A stretch of DNA of 64,000 nt from Ignavibacteriota bacterium (GTDB lineage: Bacteria > Bacteroidota > Ignavibacteria > UBA10030 > UBA6906): contig JADJHP010000006.1 of assembly GCA_016707525.1 (NCBI GenBank), positions 184,817-248,816 of the forward strand. The letters run 5' to 3'. The notes under the pieces were generated by a model that saw only the letters and a program-made list of their open reading frames with translations, had not been told where the DNA came from and ran no database searches. The translations under genes were made by a program, and so were the position numbers. Below are positions 10,001-18,834 of the stretch, piece by piece. Within the stretch, counting starts at the first letter, position 1; each line of letters begins with the position of its first letter.

Positions 10001-12482
10001 CAATGCCGCATCGATGGACCTGGACATCACGGATGCGCATCTGCCGACGGTCTATGTGGCGGCGGTGCTCTTCCGGAAGATCAACGACCTCAACATCCCG
10101 CTCCTGGCCGGCCACGGGTTCGCGCCGATCATGGTCGAGCGGAAGAGCAACAAGCTCGATGTCCAGATCCGGGCCCCGGAGCGGATCCGTCCGCGCGGCA
10201 AGCAGACCATCACCGTGGCCGTTTCGGGTGAACCGGGTGTGGCGCTCACGCTGGCCGCGGTGGACGAAGGGATCTGCCAGGTGAAGAACTACAGGACGCC
10301 TGATCCGTACGGATACTTCTACGCCCGTCGTGCGCTTGAAACGGACACGCACGACTTCTTCAAGCATCTGTTGCCGGAACCCGACCGCTCGCGGTCGTCC
10401 AGCACCGGTGGCGGTGAAGCAGAGATGGGCAAGCGTGTGAATCCCCTCGGCGTGCAGCGCTTCAAGCCGCTCGCGCTCTGGTCCGGCATTCTCACGACTG
10501 ATGGCAACGGCGAGGCCACGGTGCCGCTGACCATCCCCGAGTTCAACGGGGAGGTGCGGTTGATGGCATTCGCGTACAAAGGCGACAGGTTCGGGTCGGC
10601 GGAGAAGGCGATGAAGGTCGCGGACAACATCGTGGTGACCCCGGCCTTGCCGCGCTTCGTGGCGCCGGGGGATTCCTTCAGTATGCCGCTCACGGCGTTC
10701 AATACGACGGCGACGGGTACCACGGTGATGTTCGACATCGAGACCTCCGGGCCCGTGCGCACGACGCAGAAGCAGGTGGAACTCGAGGTCGGGGCGAATC
10801 AGGAACGGTACACACCGGTGGCGCTCGTTGCCGGTCCGCTCATCGGCGCCGGCACGGTGAAGGTGCGTGCGCGGGCTCTGGGCGAGGTGCTGGAATCTTC
10901 GACCGAGCTTCCCGTGCGCCCGGCCGCGCCGTTCGCCACGGATGCGCAGACGGGGTACGTCGACGGCGGGAACAACGTGAGTCTTCAGGTGGGTGATGTC
11001 TATCTGCCGGCCGGACGGAAGGCCTATGTGGCGCTGAGCCCGTTCCCGGTCTCCTCCATGGCCGGGCAGTTGAAAGCACTCCTCGGCTATCCGCACGGAT
11101 GCCTGGAGCAGACGGTCTCCCGTGCGTTCCCACAGATCTATCTGCGCGACATTGCCTCGGTCCTCGCGCCGGGCACATTGACCGGTGGGAGTCCCACGTA
11201 CTATGTGAATGAGGCGATCACCAAGGTCAGCGGGATGCAGTTGCAGGACGGCGGATTCTCCTACTGGCCGGGCGGGACGGAAGAGAATCCATGGGCGACC
11301 GTGTATGCGACACACTTCCTTGTCGAGGCACGCAAGGGCGGGTATGCCGTGATGGATGCCACCTTGTCGTCGGCGCTGGGTGCGATCGCGCGCATCGCCC
11401 GCGACAGGAAGACCGAGGACCGTTCCTCTCGTGAAGCGAACAAGTGGGTCGTCCGGCGGATCGCTGCAAAGAGTTCGCTCTATGCGCTCTACGTGCTCGC
11501 GCTCGCGGGAAAGCCGGAGCAGTCCGTGATGAGCTTCTACCGCAACGAGCGTTCGTTGCTGACGGCCGATACCCGGTACATGCTCGCCGGTGCGTATGCG
11601 CTCGCCGGCGACCGGCGTTCGTACAGCGATATCATGCCCGGTCAATTCGTGGTGGATGAGACAGCGCGTCAGAGTGGCGGCGATCTGGATTCACCGGTGC
11701 GCTCGGCGGCGGTGATGCTGAATGTGCTGCTGGAAACGGACCTGAACAGTCCGCATGTGCCGCGCCTCACGGAATACCTCTCGAAGGCGTACCGCACGGA
11801 TGAATGGTACAGTACACAGGACAACGCCTTCACGTTGCTGGCGTTCGGCAAGGCGGCCCGGTTGGCGACGGCGACGAAAGCCACCGGGAAGGTGAAGGTC
11901 GGGGGCAAGGATTATGCCTACGCCGGTGGGACGCAGCGGATCGACTGCGAGCCGTATGGCAAGACCGTCACGATCGCGATCGAGGGAAGTGGTCGTGTGT
12001 ACTATACGCTGGCGGTCGAGGGTATCCGGACCGACGGCAAGGTGAGCATGGAGGACCGGAATCTGCAGGTGCGGCGCGATCTGCTCAACCGCTCCGGCGG
12101 GGTGGTGACGGGGCAAACGGTGAAGCAGAACGACCTTCTGGTCGTGCGCATCACGCTCACGTCGTCGGTGGATCGGTTGGAGTATGTTGCGGTGAGCGAC
12201 CTTTTACCTGCGGGGCTCGAGATCGAGAATCCACGTCTGACGGAAGCCACGGCGTATCCCTTCATTCAGAACGCGACCGTACCGGAATACATGGACATCC
12301 GGGATGACCGTATCAATCTGTACACGAGTTTCCGCGGTGGCAAGCGGCAGCAGGTGTTCTATTACGCGGTCCGGGCGGTCACGGCCGGCACCTTCGTCCA
12401 TCCGCCGGTCTCGGCAGAAGCCATGTACGATGGCCGGTATTCCTCCAGGGCTGGTGCCGGGACGTTCCGCGTCGTGAGATAG
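7053..12482 (+). CDS. yfhM: Bacterial alpha-2-macroglobulin family lipoprotein with thioester motif
   Basis: 1809 aa from ATG 7053 (AAGGAAG upstream). Lipoprotein-like signal MTRHRLLLVLVLLAVLLHSC. GCLEQ thioester motif. Adjacent to pbpC as in the E. coli yfhM-pbpC pair, with order reversed. Confidence 0.85.
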   Translation: MTRHRLLLVLVLLAVLLHSCGGPGTNVLRVTSTLPSGVVGRDLILPVTFSRAIVPMDSVNQWTSTPYVTFSPGIPGKFIWEDTTRLVFSPDGQLPGDARFTAKLNTDLLTQMSGATGFDGPAEFSFETESFRLKGAEFFYDRIGQKREIGIRANLEFTYEVNASDVPGMVTVKVDNEQRPIANVATTGKSRVIAVDIGTVTQLEKERVIAVTCSGDLTSPETGTRIRTEEPFVYRMPPLGELQILGHEFGSDGNNGWIKVRTSQEVDAEVAKAGVTLDPVRPFTVRNDGDGFTLLGSFEPGAAFRLIVKKGLESVLGGKTQNDYEADVVIGNIAPSFGFASSSGMYMMLGGARSIDIKTVNLPQLAVRVSQIFQNNIVYLLDNGRYYDYSYYGDEEGGGESWVKKYRYYVGNFGRQLSYDTISVAHVPNREITTPFSLAPFMNTGYKGFYLVEIANPEESWRSTSKLISISDIGLIAKTSYNEVLVFATNLVTTTPMPNVTISLISTTNQVVAVAKTDPDGVARFTGMAEKMKDFPLRIVTAEADNDFNFLHLDDYRVETSRYDVSGRRDLAGPYDAMLYGDRNIYRPGEKVVVAGLVRNLSNPVPAGMPVRLKLFSPRSSLVQETQHTLNDQGAFESSFQTSTAAGTGDYRYELYTGSNVFLTSYKVSVEDFVPDRLRVNLTPTLETARPGETVDYTVQATNFFGPPAAGRNWEFEGAFTVVPYVSKNFPEFVFRDDAASNNVGDPFVATGRTENDGTAAVSMTIPEGLSTSGIIRARARVAVFDESGRPVYQVAQTMVYPKSYLIGVKNAGAYYAAPNTPQKVRIVAVDPQDQVLKGFTAQVQLIRYEWHSVLRQHPQTNNLRYVSERREIPVRTDRVTIGSGPLEYTYTAPRSGDYALRVSKAGDAGYNQIEFYSYSWGTSDMTSFEVDPEARVDIVMDKKVYAPGEKAHILFQAPFSGKMLVTVERNHVFTHQYLDVVNNAASMDLDITDAHLPTVYVAAVLFRKINDLNIPLLAGHGFAPIMVERKSNKLDVQIRAPERIRPRGKQTITVAVSGEPGVALTLAAVDEGICQVKNYRTPDPYGYFYARRALETDTHDFFKHLLPEPDRSRSSSTGGGEAEMGKRVNPLGVQRFKPLALWSGILTTDGNGEATVPLTIPEFNGEVRLMAFAYKGDRFGSAEKAMKVADNIVVTPALPRFVAPGDSFSMPLTAFNTTATGTTVMFDIETSGPVRTTQKQVELEVGANQERYTPVALVAGPLIGAGTVKVRARALGEVLESSTELPVRPAAPFATDAQTGYVDGGNNVSLQVGDVYLPAGRKAYVALSPFPVSSMAGQLKALLGYPHGCLEQTVSRAFPQIYLRDIASVLAPGTLTGGSPTYYVNEAITKVSGMQLQDGGFSYWPGGTEENPWATVYATHFLVEARKGGYAVMDATLSSALGAIARIARDRKTEDRSSREANKWVVRRIAAKSSLYALYVLALAGKPEQSVMSFYRNERSLLTADTRYMLAGAYALAGDRRSYSDIMPGQFVVDETARQSGGDLDSPVRSAAVMLNVLLETDLNSPHVPRLTEYLSKAYRTDEWYSTQDNAFTLLAFGKAARLATATKATGKVKVGGKDYAYAGGTQRIDCEPYGKTVTIAIEGSGRVYYTLAVEGIRTDGKVSMEDRNLQVRRDLLNRSGGVVTGQTVKQNDLLVVRITLTSSVDRLEYVAVSDLLPAGLEIENPRLTEATAYPFIQNATVPEYMDIRDDRINLYTSFRGGKRQQVFYYAVRAVTAGTFVHPPVSAEAMYDGRYSSRAGAGTFRVVR
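11097..11111 (+). other. Thioester motif G-C-L-E-Q of the alpha-2-macroglobulin
   Basis: gga tgc ctg gag cag, in frame with ATG 7053 (context LGYPHGCLEQTVSRAF). Confidence 0.85.
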
Positions 12483-12493
12483 TGAGCAACAAT

Positions 12494-12549
12494 CCGGGCC
12501 CGGTTTGCGTACAACTTCTCAGGAAGGGACACACGCACTCCGGGCCCGG
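12494..12549 (+). terminator. Pair of CCGGGCCCGG palindromes that can pair into a long-loop hairpin after the A2M gene
   Basis: CCGGGCCCGG occurs at 12494-12503 and 12540-12549. There is no U-tract, so the terminator role is speculative. Confidence 0.25.
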
Positions 12550-12592
12550 CAGTTCAGGCTGCAGCCCACATTGAACATCGAAAGGCAGACCC

Positions 12593-12814
12593 ATGGACAC
12601 ACCGACACCCTCTTCTGCAGGCGAGCGCAAACGTGACCGCGGTAGCGTCATCGGCGGCATCGTCCTTATTGTCATTGGCTGTCTGTTCCTGGCCGACAGG
12701 TTCCTGGACGTGAGTTTTGGGGATTTCTGGCCGCTCATACTTGTCGCGATCGGCGGCGCCATGCTGTGGCGTTCCCGCGATGACAACCAACCGCAGCAGG
12801 GAGGACAGTCATGA
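12593..12814 (+). CDS. Small membrane protein with LiaI/LiaF-like transmembrane domain
   Basis: 73 aa with two hydrophobic helices (VIGGIVLIVIGCLFLADRF, FWPLILVAIGGAMLW). ATGA overlap with the next gene. Confidence 0.6.
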   Translation: MDTPTPSSAGERKRDRGSVIGGIVLIVIGCLFLADRFLDVSFGDFWPLILVAIGGAMLWRSRDDNQPQQGGQS

Positions 12815-13707
12815 GACCCGGCCGGATCTTCTGGGGAGTGGCACTCGTCTCCCTCGGCCTGTTGGTCCTTGCCGACAAGGCGGGCATCATGACACCGAAG
12901 TGGAGTATCGCCATCGGGCTCTGGCCCCTGGTCCTGGTGCTCTGGGGAATCGGACTTCTGGTAGGAGGGAAGATTGTGCGATTGATCACAGCGGGTGTTG
13001 CGGGTCTGGTGCTTGCATATTTCTTTGCGGCACTTGTCACCACATCGTTCTGGGACGAGGAGGACGAGGGAGAATTGGCGAATTCCTCCCAGAGTTTCGT
13101 GGTATCACCCGACACGACGGTGAAGCATGTGAAGTTCATCCTCGACTCCGGCGCCGGTGCATTCACCATCGCCGATACGTCCACGAACCTGCTCTTCGCT
13201 GAAGTGGAATCGAACCTCGGGATGTATGCGTTCGATGAATCTGGCCAGGGCGAAGACCGGACGTATACGATGTCTCTGGAGGGAAAGCGGAAAGGACTCC
13301 GCCTGGGCCGGAACAGCAATCAGGTAACGGCGCGCCTCAACGCTGCTCCGGTCTGGGACCTGGAGATGAATATCGGAGCGGCGAAACTGACATGCGATCT
13401 GACACCGTTCAAGGTGGAACACCTGGAGATCAACGGCGGCGCCTCCAGCATGAAGATCACGCTGGGCGACCGGTCATCCACGACGAACGTCCATGTCTCC
13501 GCGGGGGCCTCCTCGATCACCCTGTATGTTCCGGAATCGGCGGCCTGTGAGGTGGAATTGGAGACGGCGTTGTCCTCCAAGCACTTTCCCGGGTTCACGA
13601 AGTCCGGTGAAGGCGTCTACCGCACGGAGAATTTCGGCACCGCAAAGAGCACGATCTCGGTGAACATCGAAGCGGGGGTGTCGAGTATCAAGGTGGAAAG
13701 ATACTAA
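12811..13707 (+). CDS. Membrane protein: LiaF-like TM N-terminus plus beta-rich repeat C-terminal domain (LiaF/DUF4097-like)
   Basis: N-terminus IFWGVALVSLGLLVLADKAGI plus further helices. C-terminal repeats ..GAGAFTIAD.., ..GGASSMKITLGD.., ..AGASSITLYVPE.., ..AGVSSIKVERY. Confidence 0.65.
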   Translation: MRPGRIFWGVALVSLGLLVLADKAGIMTPKWSIAIGLWPLVLVLWGIGLLVGGKIVRLITAGVAGLVLAYFFAALVTTSFWDEEDEGELANSSQSFVVSPDTTVKHVKFILDSGAGAFTIADTSTNLLFAEVESNLGMYAFDESGQGEDRTYTMSLEGKRKGLRLGRNSNQVTARLNAAPVWDLEMNIGAAKLTCDLTPFKVEHLEINGGASSMKITLGDRSSTTNVHVSAGASSITLYVPESAACEVELETALSSKHFPGFTKSGEGVYRTENFGTAKSTISVNIEAGVSSIKVERY

Positions 13708-13737
13708 GAGTATCGTGATACGGAAGACCACTCCGGG

Positions 13738-13777
13738 AACGGCGTATGAGCTTTCGTGCATACGCCGTTTTCCTTTT
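13738..13777 (+). terminator. Rho-independent terminator
   Basis: 11-bp stem AACGGCGTATG / CATACGCCGTT with a 10-nt loop, followed by TTTTCCTTTT. It lies between convergent genes. Confidence 0.65.
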
Positions 13778-13802
13778 CTGTCCGCTCCGTGGTGTCTCTG
13801 CT

Positions 13803-14288
13803 TCAGTGTTCCTCAAAGACCCCTGTCTTCTTGTTCTTCTTCACGTTGTCCCACGTGAACACCCTCCCGTTCATCACGATGTAGACACCGTGGGGGAGGA
13901 CCTGGACATAGGCCAGGGCGCTGCCAAGATTGAAGAGACCGTCGGAGCTGCCGAACTTATACGGGACCATTGCGCCGGTGAGGACGATCGTCTTGCCCGT
14001 TACTTCCGTGCCCAGCGCGCGTGCGGTCACATCCATCGTATCGGTGCCGTGGGTGATCAGGATCTTCTCCTCGTGCGCCTTCCTGCACTGGTCGAGGATC
14101 AGTGAACGGTCCGCATCCGTCATCTCCAGGCTGTCCACCATCATCAACGTGCGAATCGCCACATCGAGTTTGCACCGGCCCAGCGTGAGCATCTCCTGCA
14201 GATGGGAGTCCTTGAAAAAGAGTTTTCCTTCGAGTTCGTTGTATTCCTTATCGAAGGTTCCCCCGGTGACAAAGATGCGGATCGGCAT
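13803..14288 (-). CDS. Short asparaginase-domain protein (asparaginase N-terminal-domain family)
   Basis: IFVTGGTFDK (TGGT Thr motif) and ILITHGTDTM (HGTDT motif). ATG 14288 is preferred over the TTG at 14324. Confidence 0.7.
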   Translation of the reverse strand: MPIRIFVTGGTFDKEYNELEGKLFFKDSHLQEMLTLGRCKLDVAIRTLMMVDSLEMTDADRSLILDQCRKAHEEKILITHGTDTMDVTARALGTEVTGKTIVLTGAMVPYKFGSSDGLFNLGSALAYVQVLPHGVYIVMNGRVFTWDNVKKNKKTGVFEEH

Positions 14289-14570
14289 GGCGTGATCGCT
14301 GGTGGTGGTCGTATCTGTATCCAACTGCCCTTCGAACCTACCCGATTCCCATCAGAAAATCAAGCGCGTACCATTGTAGAAATGTCGGCTCCGGGGCCGT
14401 TCGGATGGGTATGATGTGCGTACGTGACCGCGATTACAGCGCCGGCCGGGCGTATCGTGTATATTGACTCCACACATCGGGTGTCTCCCGACACCGCACA
14501 CAGGTACCATCAGTCATCATCGAACAGTCCGTTTTCAACTGCTTTTCATTCTTCTCAGGAGGGTTCCATC

Positions 14571-15791
14571 ATGCGTACAACAGTCCTGGTCATTCTTGTC
14601 GGCCTGCTGACGGTTGCGCAGTCGTTCGCAGGCATCACGCTCGTCGATCGTCATTTCACGGGTGCTCATCCCACGCTCCCCGCGAACTGGGAGCAGGCAC
14701 AGAACTGGGATTCCACAAAAGCTCCGGGTTTGCTCAGCCGGGTCCATATCGCTTTCGCGTCCCCGTACGTGGCCGTGACTGGGAAATTGTGCGAAGCCTA
14801 TACCCTGAACATTCACGCTGGCGGGACGCTGGCCCTCAGGAAGTCCGATGCCGAAAGATTCCTGGTCGTGATCAACGACGTGACGGTTGATGCCGGTGGG
14901 TCCTGGAAGAAGGATGGCCCGGACGGCACGACAGGCCCGATCGTGGTCGTCGGCGGCGATATCCGGAATAGCGGTACGATCGACCTGAAAGGGGTGAGTA
15001 CCGGACAGGAGCAGGTGATCCTTGCCGGCTGCAGTCAGAGGCTCAGCGGCAGCGCAGACATCGTGTTCCAGACTCTCCGTTCGTTTGCGAAGTTCACGGT
15101 GGATGGTGTGACGGTGTACGTGACCGGCAAGTACTATGGCCCCTGGCCCGCACTGGTGAACGGCGGGCAGTTCATCGTGGGTGAAGCACCACTGCCCATT
15201 ACGCTGGCCTCCTTCACCGCTTCACCGATCGAGGGTGTGGCGGGTGTCGCCCTTCAGTGGCGCACGGTGACGGAGGTTGATAATTATGGTTTCTTCATCG
15301 AGCGCCGTGCGGCGGATGTGGGCATCTTCCAGCAGGTGGATTTCGTCCCGACGCAGGGAAACGGGATCGTGCCGCACGACTATATGTTCACCGATGGTTC
15401 GGTGGCCAGCGGTACGTGGTACTACCGGTTGCGTCAGGTGGACCTGAACGGGGACGAATCGACGACGGAAGAGGTACGGGTGGAGATCGCGGGAGTCACG
15501 GACGTGGCGACGGATGCCGTGCCGGCAGGGTTCGGGCTGCAGCAGAACTATCCGAATCCGTTCAATCCGGAGACCGCCATTTCCTTCACCGTGGCGGCAG
15601 CGGGGACCGCGAAGCTTGTGGTGTATGATGCGATCGGCCGTGAGGTTGCAACGCTCTTTGACGGCGTTGCCGAGCCGGGAAGGCTGTACAATGTGCGGTT
15701 CAATGGAGCGGGGTTGTCAAGTGGTATGTACTTCTACCGGTTGAACGCGGGTGCGCAGGTGGACATGAAGCGCATGGTGCTCGCCCGGTAG
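14571..15791 (+). CDS. Secreted hypothetical protein with canonical T9SS C-terminal sorting domain
   Basis: AGGAGG 14557-14562. Signal peptide MRTTVLVILVGLLTVAQSFAG. C-terminus LQQNYPNPFNPETAISF..VYDAIGREVATL..GMYFYRL..KRMVLAR. Confidence 0.8.
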   Translation: MRTTVLVILVGLLTVAQSFAGITLVDRHFTGAHPTLPANWEQAQNWDSTKAPGLLSRVHIAFASPYVAVTGKLCEAYTLNIHAGGTLALRKSDAERFLVVINDVTVDAGGSWKKDGPDGTTGPIVVVGGDIRNSGTIDLKGVSTGQEQVILAGCSQRLSGSADIVFQTLRSFAKFTVDGVTVYVTGKYYGPWPALVNGGQFIVGEAPLPITLASFTASPIEGVAGVALQWRTVTEVDNYGFFIERRAADVGIFQQVDFVPTQGNGIVPHDYMFTDGSVASGTWYYRLRQVDLNGDESTTEEVRVEIAGVTDVATDAVPAGFGLQQNYPNPFNPETAISFTVAAAGTAKLVVYDAIGREVATLFDGVAEPGRLYNVRFNGAGLSSGMYFYRLNAGAQVDMKRMVLAR

Positions 15792-15829
15792 CGTCCCGCG
15801 CGGAGAGCGGCACCCTCCGCAACAGCAAC

Positions 15830-15862
15830 GCCGGGCCATGCACACCTTCCTCATGGCCCGGC
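15830..15862. terminator. Hairpin between convergent genes (possible bidirectional terminator)
   Basis: GCCGGGCCATG, 11-nt loop, CATGGCCCGGC. No clear U-tract. Confidence 0.45.
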
Positions 15863-15891
15863 GTCCGCTGTTCACATCACACCCGCCGAAG

Positions 15892-18555
15892 TTACTTCAC
15901 CAGAAGCATCTTCCGCAGTTCAACGAACGGTTTGTCGCCGCCGGCTGATTGCGCCTGCAGGCGGTAGAAGTACACGCCGCTTGCCACGCGTGCACCGTCG
16001 GTGTTCGTGCTGTTCCAGGTCACCACCTGATACCCGGCACCCATGTCCCCATTCACCAGCCTCGCGACCTCACGGCCGAGTGCATCATAGACCGTCAGGC
16101 GCACGGATGCTGCGGCCGGCAGGCCGAAGCGGATCGTCGTGCTGGGGTTGAAGGGATTCGGATAGTTCTGATCCAGCGAGAACTGCGTCGGCACTGCGAG
16201 GCGGCCATCCACATCGGTGATGGTTCCACGGACGAGCGTCACATGCACCGTATCGATGCACAGTTGGATCGGGTTCGTCGGATCCTTTGTTGCTACCGAC
16301 CACTTCAGCAGCACCGAATCCGCCGCGCCCAGGTAGGTCAGAAGCTGCTTGCCGGTGCGGACAAGGAACGTATCCTTTGCTGCGGTGCCTGTCGGGACCG
16401 CGGCGGAACCGACCGGGAGCCACTGATAGATCAGATTGTCGCCGTTCAGGTCGACCGCTGCACGCCAGCGGAAGGTCACCGTCTGCGCGGTGTCATTCAG
16501 AACCACACGCGACGTATGGGCCGGGCTCAGCAGTGAGAAGTACCGGTTCGGCGGCGCATTGATGCCGCCGGTGATATCGGTGACCCAGCTCGGGGTGATC
16601 TGATAACCGTCGTTGTACACAGCGCTGGCTGATGTGTACTGGGTGGCGACACCCTGGACGCTCATCGGGTAGACCGGCTCCGTCGTGCCGTCCAAATCCA
16701 TATCCTGATCGATGCGCAGGAGGAGATCCCGGACGCCGTCGGTGATGGTCATGTTCGCATCGGCGCCAGTTGCGGGCCACGCAACGGATGTTGCGGTCTT
16801 GGCGACGCCGATGAACTTGATCAGTTCACTCTCATAGTTTTCCGCGTTCGCGAGGTAGTGCGGGAGAGTGAGCACTTGTGGTGTGACCGCATTGTTCGAA
16901 TCGAGCAGTTGGACGTCCGCCATGTTGACGATGTTCAGCTGCGTCGTGCCGCGATTCTGTCCGACCACACCCTTCACGACCAGGCGATCGCCGAACTTGT
17001 AGACCGGTCCGCCGCCCGTCACGCTCCCCTTCGTCACGTTGATCCCGCCCGTGGCATCCTGGATGAAGTACTGGAAGCGGTTCGCGCTGGCCGTGGGATT
17101 CATGGAGGTGACCGTACCGATCACCGTGACCGTGTCGCCCATGCGGTCCGGCCTGAATGGGTCGACCGACTGGATCCGCACGGCGGCGATGGTCTCGGAG
17201 ATGATGACCTTAATCTTCTCATGCGCGTCGGTCGTGAAGCTGTTCGGACCCGTCGGCGGCGAGATCAGGACCGTTTCCTCGTTGGAGTTCTCGAAGTAGA
17301 TGACGTTCCCTACGGCGTCCACGGCGATGTCGGAGCGTGCCCCGGTCATGTTGTTCTGCTTGTCCTTGTACACCGTGTCCAGGACCGGCGACCCGCTGTA
17401 GAGGTTCTTGATGACATAGATGTTCTGCTTCACATTGGCGTCGCTGGCCTTGCGGCGGGCGATGGTGAAATAGAGCATGTCATCGCTGCCCAGGGAATCC
17501 TTGCCATGGGCCAATGCCATCGTATTGCCGCGACCGCTGTCCACGGTCACCGTCCACTGCGCATCAGCGAGCTTCTTTGACGAGGTCCCGTCCCATCCGG
17601 CGAAATTGAACATTGCCACGCCCGGTGCGATGTTGTCCTTCGCACCGTAGAAGGATGCGAAGATGACGGAGTCGCCGCCGAACTGCACGTCCCAGAAGAC
17701 GACAGTGGAATCGCCGTCGATGGCGATCGTCTTCGGCTGGAACCACGTGCTGGCGCCGATGGGCATGAAGTACACTTTGCTGTTGCCGGCGACGGCCATG
17801 ACGCGGCTGCTGCCCGTACCGCCGATCGCAAGGCCTTCCAGATTGGTCGTGTACCCGCCCGAGTCGACCAAGACCACGTTCAACGTGTCTGTATGGTAGC
17901 GGAAGATCTGCTTGTTGTCGCGTCCGATCAGGTAGACATATCCTTCCTCATCAGCTTCGGAGGAATACCGGAGGTTCGCCGGTCCAACGATCGCGCCGGT
18001 GTTGTTGAGCTTTGCGACGCCCTTGCTGTTGCCCCACAGACGTCCATCCGCCGAGTGGCGTGCGATGCCGGTGGCGTAGCCGCCGTTGTCAGCGGCATAG
18101 ATGAATCCAAAATTCTTCAGCGAGGAATTCCGGATGGCGGTCACGCCACGGGTAAAGATCGACGGCTGATCGTAGAAGATCTCGGTGTACGTGCTGTACC
18201 CCTTATCGAACGCGGAGATCTTGATGGAGTAGTCGCCGGATGCGACCGGCGTCCCCTGGAAGTTGTTGCCGTCCCACACCACGAGCGTGTCGCCGGACGG
18301 GAGATCGGTGGCCTTGATCGTCCGGATGTTGATCATGCCGGAATAGATCTGGACCAGCACGGAGTCCGCGTGGTCCGACAGCACGAACCGGACCGCGGCA
18401 CCTGTCCCGTCGTTGAACTTGGCGTCGAAGGGATCAGTGGATGCCGGCTGGGTCACGCGAATATTGTGTGCAAACGTGTCTGCAACTGCCTGCTGCGTTG
18501 GCGCAAAGAGCATAAGCGCCAGTGCAGCCAGGCACAATCGAGTGAAGATCTTCAT
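15892..18555 (-). CDS. Large secreted protein (Ig-like N-terminal region, beta-propeller-like middle) with canonical T9SS CTD
   Basis: ATG at 18555 with AGGAG (18562-18566, minus strand). Signal MKIFTRLCLAALALMLFAPTQQAVA. C-terminus LDQNYPNPFNPSTTIRF..VYDALGREVARL..GVYFYRL..KMLLVK. Confidence 0.8.
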   Translation of the reverse strand: MKIFTRLCLAALALMLFAPTQQAVADTFAHNIRVTQPASTDPFDAKFNDGTGAAVRFVLSDHADSVLVQIYSGMINIRTIKATDLPSGDTLVVWDGNNFQGTPVASGDYSIKISAFDKGYSTYTEIFYDQPSIFTRGVTAIRNSSLKNFGFIYAADNGGYATGIARHSADGRLWGNSKGVAKLNNTGAIVGPANLRYSSEADEEGYVYLIGRDNKQIFRYHTDTLNVVLVDSGGYTTNLEGLAIGGTGSSRVMAVAGNSKVYFMPIGASTWFQPKTIAIDGDSTVVFWDVQFGGDSVIFASFYGAKDNIAPGVAMFNFAGWDGTSSKKLADAQWTVTVDSGRGNTMALAHGKDSLGSDDMLYFTIARRKASDANVKQNIYVIKNLYSGSPVLDTVYKDKQNNMTGARSDIAVDAVGNVIYFENSNEETVLISPPTGPNSFTTDAHEKIKVIISETIAAVRIQSVDPFRPDRMGDTVTVIGTVTSMNPTASANRFQYFIQDATGGINVTKGSVTGGGPVYKFGDRLVVKGVVGQNRGTTQLNIVNMADVQLLDSNNAVTPQVLTLPHYLANAENYESELIKFIGVAKTATSVAWPATGADANMTITDGVRDLLLRIDQDMDLDGTTEPVYPMSVQGVATQYTSASAVYNDGYQITPSWVTDITGGINAPPNRYFSLLSPAHTSRVVLNDTAQTVTFRWRAAVDLNGDNLIYQWLPVGSAAVPTGTAAKDTFLVRTGKQLLTYLGAADSVLLKWSVATKDPTNPIQLCIDTVHVTLVRGTITDVDGRLAVPTQFSLDQNYPNPFNPSTTIRFGLPAAASVRLTVYDALGREVARLVNGDMGAGYQVVTWNSTNTDGARVASGVYFYRLQAQSAGGDKPFVELRKMLLVK

Positions 18556-18664
18556 GGGTTTCTCCTGTGAAATGAGGAAGGTAGTTGACCCTTTCAAGTT
18601 AGCAATCACGGGAAGAAAGGCAAGGTTGGCCCTTCCAGATTTGTGTTCCATGGGTGCGGCGGGC

Positions 18665-18693
18665 TTGACATTCCCCGCGATGAGTGGTATCAT
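18665..18693 (+). promoter_or_regulatory. Candidate sigma70-type promoter
   Basis: TTGACA (18665-18670), 17 nt, TATCAT (18688-18693). It lies about 140 nt upstream of ATG 18835. Confidence 0.45.
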
Positions 18694-18834
18694 AAGAATA
18701 CCTGTATCACGTGCGCACCCGCCGCGGACGCGAGCGGCATCGGGGGCATCCTCTTCTCACCGGGTCGGATCTCGAACGCACTTGTTGTCCACCACTACAC
18801 TACTTTCTCACTCATTCACATCAGGAGTCAACGC

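Noticed and set aside
7941-11645. 1234-aa minus-strand ORF
   Set aside because: It is entirely antisense to the well-supported alpha-2-macroglobulin gene and has a low-complexity R/G/H/P-rich translation. It is a GC-driven shadow ORF.
14325-14400. tRNA-like GGTTCGAA string on the minus strand upstream of the asparaginase-like gene
   Set aside because: The flanking bases cannot form a T-stem, acceptor stem or anticodon arm in tRNA register. No tRNA or rRNA was found anywhere in the window.
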